Below, in pieces: positions 54,879-64,000 of a stretch of 64,000 nt of DNA. The stretch is from the human T2T-CHM13v2.0 reference genome, Homo sapiens, in NCBI RefSeq assembly GCF_009914755.1, contig NC_060935.1. One strand, written 5' to 3'. The position numbers and the translations under genes are program-made. Position 1 is the first letter of the stretch; every line of letters begins with the position of its first letter. The notes under the pieces are model-generated. The model worked only from the letters and a program-made list of their open reading frames with translations. It ran no database searches and had not been told where the DNA came from.

Positions 54879-57055
54879 GGAAGAAGATGAAGCTCACATT
54901 AGAGGACCATGAACTAAGAGTTTTAGACTGTATTGTTTTGGTAGCGGCAACTAGTGATGCCTTATGAGCAAAACAACACAGTCAGAAATGGGGCTTTAGG
55001 AAATAACATAGGAGCAGTATGGGAGATGCTCAGAGAGAGTGGAAGGAACTCCAGCAGAGCATCTCCTCATGAGAAAAGGATAGTGTCAAATAGAGGAGTG
55101 TCAGTTTGGATGGGGAAAAGCTTGAAGAGGACCTAGAGATGTAGGGAGAGTAGCTAGAGTAAACCAGGCTGATTCTATGTGGTGGATGTTGAACAGGTAT
55201 GACTCCATGAACCCCAGGAGGAGATGCATCTTGAAGACTTTGATCTTGTTTACTTTGAGAGTCACTTTTCTATGCCCTAAAATGCTGGGCTGAAGTGGCA
55301 GCTATGCTAAAATTGAAGCAGGAATGAAGAAACAGGAGATCTCAGTTCCAATCTTGGTTTCACCACTAAAACATACCTCTGTTACTCCGATCACTCTCCT
55401 GTAAAGTCAGGAAGGTGGCTTTAAAAACCTCTATGGCTGAGCTATTCAATTCAGCAACCAATAGCCATATGCAGCTGTTAAAAGCAATTAAAATGGAACA
55501 TTCATTTTCTCAGTTACACCAGCTAGATATCAAGTGCTCAATAGCCAAATGTAGCTAGTAGCTACCACGTTGGACAATTAAAAAAATGAACATTGCCATC
55601 ATACCAGATAGTTCTGCTGAATAGCCCTGCTTGAAGATCCTCCTCCTATAATCTGATTTTAGGATTGTTGATATATGCTGCTATTCTTAAACTGAAAGAG
55701 TTATTTTCTCATCTCAAACTCAAAAGTTAGATGAAAGTTTTTTATTATTATTCTTTATAAATAATAGAGAAGCTCTCTAAAATGTCTTACTACATAGAAA
55801 AAGGCATGGTAGAGAACGACTGTGTGTGTGTGTGTCAAGGGACACATACAATGTTTGTATGCATAGAATATTTCTCGTAATAGTCATAATAAACTGTCTC
55901 TATGAATGGGACTAGGGAACTTGGGACTGCCATGGAAAGGAGACAGTTTTCACAGCTTGAATTTTCTCTGTTTGTATATTATCAGTCTTATTGAAATTGA
56001 TTGAGTGCATATGTAAATTTCAGGAGCAAAACTGAATTAACCCATCAGTAGATATCAAATAACATTTGATACATATTTGAACAGTCATTTCAAGTAAAAT
56101 AGAAAGAGGAAACTACTTAAATATGATAAAGACCACTAAATAAAACCTAACTGAACATATTAAATAGTGAAATATCAGAGATGTGGTATTAGGGACAAAT
56201 GAGAAATAATGGCTGTTACAACTATTATAAGTGTTTCAGAGGTCCTAATTAATATGATAAGAAAATAGATTTTCATTTTTAGCATTATGGCTGATGACTA
56301 GATGTTCAGATAAATCTTATTGGTACCTCATGCTTTAAAAATCTGGATAAGCCTTCAAGAACATATTTTTGTATGGGATGGCTAAACTGGTGTGAAAAGG
56401 AAGGAAATTCTTCTGATTCCAAGAACAAGAAGGAAGTATAAATCTAGTGGGATAAGTGCTAATTCCTAATAACCTATCATTCCTAATGGCCTATAGCCTG
56501 AAGTTTAAAGGGTCACACATACAGGGTCAGGAGACAAATCTTGGGTAGAGTCTGAGCAAGAAAGAGGGTTGGATTCGAGCCCCCTGAATAGAGCCATGGT
56601 CTTGAAAGGGCAACTCTTTCAATGAGTACAAAATTTGTCCCACAGAAAGAGGCAATAAGGATAAATTATCTTAGCCTTGGATGTGAACAGAACAATTAAA
56701 AAGAAGTCTGCTTCAGATAACTCCTCATCAAAAGTCTATACTCACACAGATTTAAGGCTAGGATTCACAGTACTTATGTGACTTTAAAAAATCTAAATTG
56801 AAATTTTAGTTACAAGTTGTCCCAGGTCACTAGTGCCCCAAGACAGAAGCAAACATATGTCCTTCTTTTAAAGAGGAAGGAACTCTAAACTCAGACCACA
56901 AAGAACTCCCAGAGTTAAAATTCCAAGGAATATGACCTCAAAATTAGAAATCACCAAAGACATGAGCGTAAGCCACCATGAGCACTGTCAACAGAAACAA
57001 TAATCTGTAGATTCATCCCACAAATACTATAAATATTAGAAACTGTTGAGCTATA

Positions 57056-57202
57056 GACTGGGTATGGTGGCTCATACCTGTAGCCCCAGCACTTTGGGAA
57101 GCCAAGGTGGGAGGATTGCTTGAGCCCAGGAGTTCGAGACTAGCATGGGCAATATGGTGAGACCCCACCTCTATTTAAAAAAAAAAAAGAAAAAGAAAAA
57201 AA
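57056..57202 (+). mobile_element. FLAM_C-like monomer
   Basis: Left-arm monomer plus an A tail. Confidence 0.82.
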
Positions 57203-57947
57203 GTGTTCAGTTATAGAATATAAAATGAGTATGTTTAATATGTCAAAATAAATGTTTTTAAAGACTTAAAAATGATAAAAGAACAAGAAACTATTAAGAC
57301 TGGAAGGTAGATATGAAAAACAACCAAATAGAACTTCTAGAAATGAAAAAGTGTGAATAATAATGAAACTAGAAACCTCAATGGATTAGACACAGCTAAA
57401 GAAGGAATTAATGAACCAGAAGACAGCACTAGAGAAATTACCCAGAATCCAGTATAGAAAGACAACAGAATAGAAAACGAGAAAGAGAATTTGAAAACAT
57501 AGAGGTTAGTCTAAGTAGATGCAACATACATAGCTAACTGGAATTCTAGAAGAAAAGAAAATGGAGTATAGTAAATATTTAAAGAAAACATAATGAATGA
57601 GAATTTTCTAGAATTGATGAAAGACATGAATCCTCAGATTCAGGGAGCTCAGTGAATCCCAAATAGTATAAGTAGTGACAAATCTACACCTACACATTTT
57701 ACAGTGAAACCTAAGAACACTGAAGACAAATGATTAAAAGCATAGAGGAAAAAATCAATTATTTATAAAGGAACAACAGACTGAAAGCTGTCTTTCACAA
57801 GGAACAAAAAAAGCCAAAAGATATTAATACTGAAGATATCAAAATACTTTGATGTCTTTAAAGTGCTGACAAAAATGATCAACTTATAAGTTCATACACA
57901 GCCAAAAAAACTGTTAGGAGAGGCGGCTTTAAAAAGTTAGGAGAGGC

Positions 57948-58553
<606 letters not shown>

Positions 58554-59178
58554 AAAATAAAGGCATTTTCAATAAACACAAACTGAGAGGGTTTATTACC
58601 AATAGACCCCCGCAAAGGAATTTCTCAAGAATGTAAAATAGGAAGGAAAATGAACCCCCCAAAAATACCTAAAATGCAATAGTGAACAAAGATTATCATG
58701 GTGGGTAGATCAAAGCCATAATTAAATGAATATAAAATAATCACAATAATGTCTAATTTGTTAATTAAAACAAGATAGAATCAGAATCCCATACAACCGT
58801 AGCACATAAATCAGGAATTATGTAATTGGAGTCAACGCGTGCTGAGGTCTTTGTATTGTTTAGTATATGGGTAAAGATACCAATTAGCTTAAGACTTTAT
58901 TAAGTTAAATATGAATGATAAATTTTCTATCATAAATACTGAAATAATAGAAACAGAGTATATAACCTCCCTACTAATCATGGGGAGAAAATGGAATGAG
59001 AAAGAATGAAAACATTAATCCAAAAAAAAACAAGGCTGGAAGTGGGAGAAGAATCGGAAAACCCACTAAATAGAAAGTTCAGAATAAGTTGGTAGAAGTG
59101 AATCCAAGTATACTGGTAAACTCAATATCAGACCAAATAACAAAACAAATTCTTGCCAAATACTATATACAAGAGATA

Positions 59179-59481
59179 GTTTTGTTTTGTTTTGAGACAG
59201 GGTCTTGCTCTGTTACCCAGGCTGGAGTACAGTGGCACAATCACAGCCGACTGTAGCCTCTACCTCCCAGGCTCAAAAGAAATCCTCCCATTTCAGCCCC
59301 CCAGGTAGTTAGGACTACAGGTGTGTGCCACCATGCCCAGCTAAGTATCTTCTTATTTTTTGTACAGACAGGGTCTCGCTATGTTGCCCAGGCTGGTCTC
59401 CAACTCCTGGCCTCAAGCCGTCCTCCTGCCTCAGCTTCCCAAAGTGCTGGGATTACAGGCATAAAGCCACCACGCCCAGCT
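59179..59481 (-). mobile_element. AluJ
   Basis: Diverged antisense dimer with TSD gagatagtttt. Confidence 0.9.
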
Positions 59482-61088
59482 GAGATAGTTTTAATAAATG
59501 AGGGACACGCGAAGGTTGAAAGAAAAAGGGTGGAAATAATTATGTATACAGGACTAATTTTTTTAAAGCTGGGGTAACTATTTTACATCATACAAAATAG
59601 ACTTTAAGGCAAAAGGCATTACTACAGAGAGTCACTACATATTAATAAGAAATTAAAGTCACTAGGAAAATATAGAAATTTTAAACTTATATGTACTTTT
59701 GTATATCAAATATTTAAAAATTTAAAATGATAATCATTACTTCAAGAATTTGACAAACCTATCACAGTGCTAGTTTTTAACATACTTCTCTTAATAACAT
59801 ATTAAGAAAAAAGTTCATAGAGAATATTTGAATAATACAGTTAATCAGCTCTAACTAATCTGTATATAGCATATGATACCCTGCAAACTGTATTCTTTTC
59901 AACTGCTCATGGAACACTTAACGAAATTTGACTATGCCCATAAAGCAAATCTCAACAAATTAGCATACAGACCAAATTCTCTGACTACAATGCAAGTTTC
60001 TCTCCTAATATACTTGGAGACAAAAGTATTTTTTAAACAACTCAGGAACTGTTCATACTGGAAAGAGTATTTTACATATTTTAGTTCTTGAAGGGTGGTT
60101 ACGTTAATATAGTGTGGTATATATGACAATTGTGTTTGTTAGAACATCTCAGTTCTCCCACCATTCAGGGTAATTGAGTTTATTCTGCCTTGTCTTTATG
60201 CGTCAGAACTTTTGACTACTGTTTCATTGTTTTCTATATATAATCTCTCCAAAAGCAAATTTGGGTAATACCTTCAAAAACAACTCAAAGATTCACAAAA
60301 TAATCCACCTGAGAAAATTTTCTAAATCACATCCTATCAATTTCAAAATCATGCCTAATACTTATGAAGAGTTAAACTAGTTATGAACAATTTGTGTAAC
60401 TATGGAAACATGAGAGAAACAGTTTCCTGGAAGAATAAAACTTCAGCAATAGAAAACTTTATGGAGCTAGCTGAAATTAGCCCACAAAAGAACATTATCT
60501 TTAAATCCTTAGTAATGTTGAGTAAATTACTATTAAGCTATAGAAATATTATTTGAGGGGGCCTCTTATATTTTAAGGGTTGAATACCTTAAAGATAAAG
60601 GAGGTGGTAGGAATAGCAGAAGAAGTTCGCAAATTAATCTTTTATTTAAAATGTTAGAAAATTAAAATATGTCACATAAGCCTGCAAAATAGAGATAATG
60701 ATGTTTTATTTGTATACCCAGAGAATGCTGAAGACTCAAACCGCAATAGGACTAATAAAGGGATTTGGTAAGATGACAACATACAAGGAAAAAATCTGTA
60801 AGGCAATAGCTTTCATGTTTACCAGCAGTAATCAATTAGTAATACATACACACACACACACACACAAGATGTTTATTGCAACTTTATTACAAATACAGAA
60901 AATGTGGGTTATAACCTGGCTGTATGTCAAGTTATAAGTCATATAATGCAATATGCAGTTTTGAAAAATAATGAGTTATATTCATATATTGACCTGAAAA
61001 GACTTATGATATATATATGAGTGGAAAAAAGCCAATAGCAAAAATATATATATACTATAATCTCATTTTCATTAAAAGAGAAAGAGAA

Positions 61089-61393
<305 letters not shown>

Positions 61394-61743
61394 TTAACAC
61401 ACACACAATAAGGATTACTTCGATATATTTTTATGCAAATCCATTTAATACCAATATCAATGCCTAAACTAAAATATCGAACAGCAAAAATTAAAAGCAA
61501 GAATATAAACCCAAAGCATAATGACTAAAATGGAAAGAAGTAAAGCAGAATTACATTTTATAAAACATTTGCAACACAAAACAAAGCCACAAAAATGCTT
61601 CTCCTAAATAAGAAATACCAGACGCTAAAAAAAAAAAAGGAAAAAAATTAATTTTAGGAAGAATGCACTACAATTTTAGTACCATAGACTAGTTAAATAT
61701 ATTAGTGGAAACAGAAAAACAATGGATGCTTCAGTAAGTAAGG

Positions 61744-62664
61744 TGTGAAATCCAATAATGGAAAACACATTTCTCTATACTCCTAACACTTCTGACACCA
61801 AATATGTGGGTTTTCCACACTAAGCAATTTTCCAGTTCTCTATGGACAGCAACAGGGTGTCCTACAATTTAATTTTGATACTACTGTCCCAAACTTAGCA
61901 CAGCCCTCACAGGTTAAGGGCTCAGTGCCACAAGAGTGTCCCCACTTCAGTTGGCATTCGCCAAGTTCAGACCTCTGGTACTTCTGACCGACTAGCTATA
62001 ATAGATCAGGGGTTTCCAAAACCCTTTCCTCAGATATGATCATTTGCTAGAATGGCACACAGAACTCAGGAAGGCACTTAGGTTTACTAGTCTATTATAA
62101 AGGATAAAACTCAAAATCAGCCAAAAGGAAGAGATGCATAGGGCATGGTTTGTGGGAGAGGCACAGAGCTTCCATGCTTTCTCATGTGCATGACCCTCCA
62201 GCACCTTTATATATTTACCAACCAGGAAGCTCTCTGAACATTTTCGGCCAGAGTTTTTATGAAGTGTCATTAAGTAGGCATAACTGATTAAATCACTGGC
62301 CATTGATAGTTGACCTCCAGCTTCCTTCCCCTTTCTCATGGGTCGGGGGTATGAGGCTGAATGTTCCAATCCTTTAATCATATGCTTGGTTCTCCTGGCA
62401 ATCAGCTTCCCCATCCTCAGAGCTTTCTAAAAGTTGCCTCATTAACATAAACTCAGATGTAGGTGAAAGGGGCTTGTTATGAATAACAAAAGATGTTCCT
62501 TTTACCTTAATCATTTCAGAGCTTTTTCAGGAACTGGGGACAAAACCCAAATATTATAACCATAGATGCCACTATCATCTTTCAGAAAGTTACAAGGTTT
62601 TTAGAAGCTCTGTGCTAGGAAGGGAGATCAAGGAGGCAAGATGTATATTTCTTCTTATGTCACA
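61744..62664 (-). mobile_element. MER21-like LTR
   Basis: Motifs cacttctgacaccaaatatgtggg, cacaggttaagggctcagt and ttgctagaatggcacacagaactcagg, with tgtga...tcaca ends. Confidence 0.7.
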
Positions 62665-63679
62665 CCATTTAAAAAAAAAAAAAATGAACTAGACAACTGT
62701 GCAAGAAAAAGTTATTGACCTAGAAAACAGACTCAGAGACCTAAGCTGAAAATCTGTTCAATGCCAGATTTTAAATATGAAAATGTATAGACAATGATGC
62801 AACACAGCAGAGCTAGCAAATAAGTGGCTCCTCCTCACTCCTCTCCTCCCCACCCAACCCTCTCTCACAACAGTCATCAGTAATCTTTGCCTGCAATCTT
62901 TGCCTCTGAGCCAAGATAAGACCAGAAGGTTCTTAACCTAGCATTTTGGGCAGCCTCTATCCAATGCTTGTAGTTGCAAAGTAAGATTAAAATAACTTGC
63001 TTCTGTAGAGACAATTACATCATCTGAAAATAATGGGAAAAAGTGAAAGAAAATAACTTGTCATTTTTTCAGTAGGAGAGGATCCAAGATAAGAATTCAG
63101 CCTAAAAATGGATAAGGCACACACAAGGTCTCTTCAAGATGTAAGAAGAAGACATTTAGATATATTCTTGTTAAATCCCTGAACTTTAGAGATAAAAATG
63201 GCTTAAACAACTAAAGAGAACATTTCAGGCCATCACAGGTAAGAATAGCTTGAGATTGTCCTACTGAGGTGCTTAAAAAAATTCGCAAATCCACAGAACC
63301 TGCATAAATTCTCCATTGGGCAACTTTATCTTCAAAGAATGACTCAAGGGGCATTTGGCTTAGATAAACCACAGTTACTTAAAAATAAATTATGTAAGCA
63401 TTAGGGAAAATATTGATACATAGTAAAATTTAACTTGTATAGCAGCCCTTAAAAATTAGGAGAAAAGATATTTTAAATGTGTGCAGTTCTGTCAATCTTA
63501 AATTAATTAGAAGTGATTGGGTGAGTTCCAGTGGTAGGCAACCAATTTCCTGTTAAGGAGTCCAAAGTTGTTTTTTTCTTTGTAATAGATTAAAATATGA
63601 ATTTAGATTAACAAAATGATTAGACTGAGTTTTTCCTTTTTTTTTAAGTATTAAGGTGTTATGTCATTGCATAAAAAAA

Positions 63680-63995
63680 AACTATTGATTTTAAAACACA
63701 CCATTATATAAAAACCACTCAGAAAGAGAAAAATCACTTTAAGCTATTACTCAATGCTTTCTTGTTGCTGAGAATTTTTATTTTATACTTTTTGAAGGTG
63801 CTCATGTAGGCTTATTGAGACATGTAAGTAATCATACTGTGAAGAGCTACAAGCAAGTTCATGCCCGTGGAGACAATGATAACTCTTAGACCTTCCACCT
63901 AGCTGGCAGCCATTGTAGGATGCCAGTAAAACACAACCTGACTTTAAGGACGTTAAAATGTGAAAAATATGTGCCTTAGAATTGATTAAATATGA
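63680..63995 (-). mobile_element. Tc2-family DNA transposon remnant (Kanga/MER104-like)
   Basis: The terminus gttaaaatgtgaaaaatatgtgccttagaattgattaaatatg resembles the recalled Kanga/MER104 end. Confidence 0.5.
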
Positions 63996-64000
63996 CACAT

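Overview
Primate (almost certainly human) genomic DNA from inside the PARVA (alpha-parvin/actopaxin) gene, which from recall lies at 11p15.3. The gene is transcribed on the + strand. The window holds about 41.7 kb of intron 1, coding exons 2, 3 and 4 (41768-41857, 41936-42006, 45870-45972; residues V46-F133, running into the first calponin-homology domain) and about 18 kb of intron 4. I did not find exon 1 or exon 5 in the window. The rest is typical euchromatic intron: about 24 Alu-family copies, MaLR/ERVL LTRs, hAT DNA transposons with intact 8-bp target-site duplications (TSDs), and old L1/L2/MIR remnants. I see no new gene family or prokaryote-style system. The best leads are RNA-level and regulatory: (1) a candidate alternative first exon at about 20.8-21.03 kb (TATA-like box, uORFs, strong-Kozak ATG, strong donor in the correct phase) that would give a parvin starting MGCGALCPQ-VSELQEEG, an acylation-type 'MGC' N-terminus; (2) a 104-nt near-perfect hairpin just upstream of it; (3) an exon-4 read-through ORF giving a Cys-rich truncated isoform; (4) an exon 2-4 block of 264 nt that would form a stop-free circular ORF, flanked by Alu sets of opposite orientation bias. 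Repeat subfamily calls are by eye and their boundaries are approximate.
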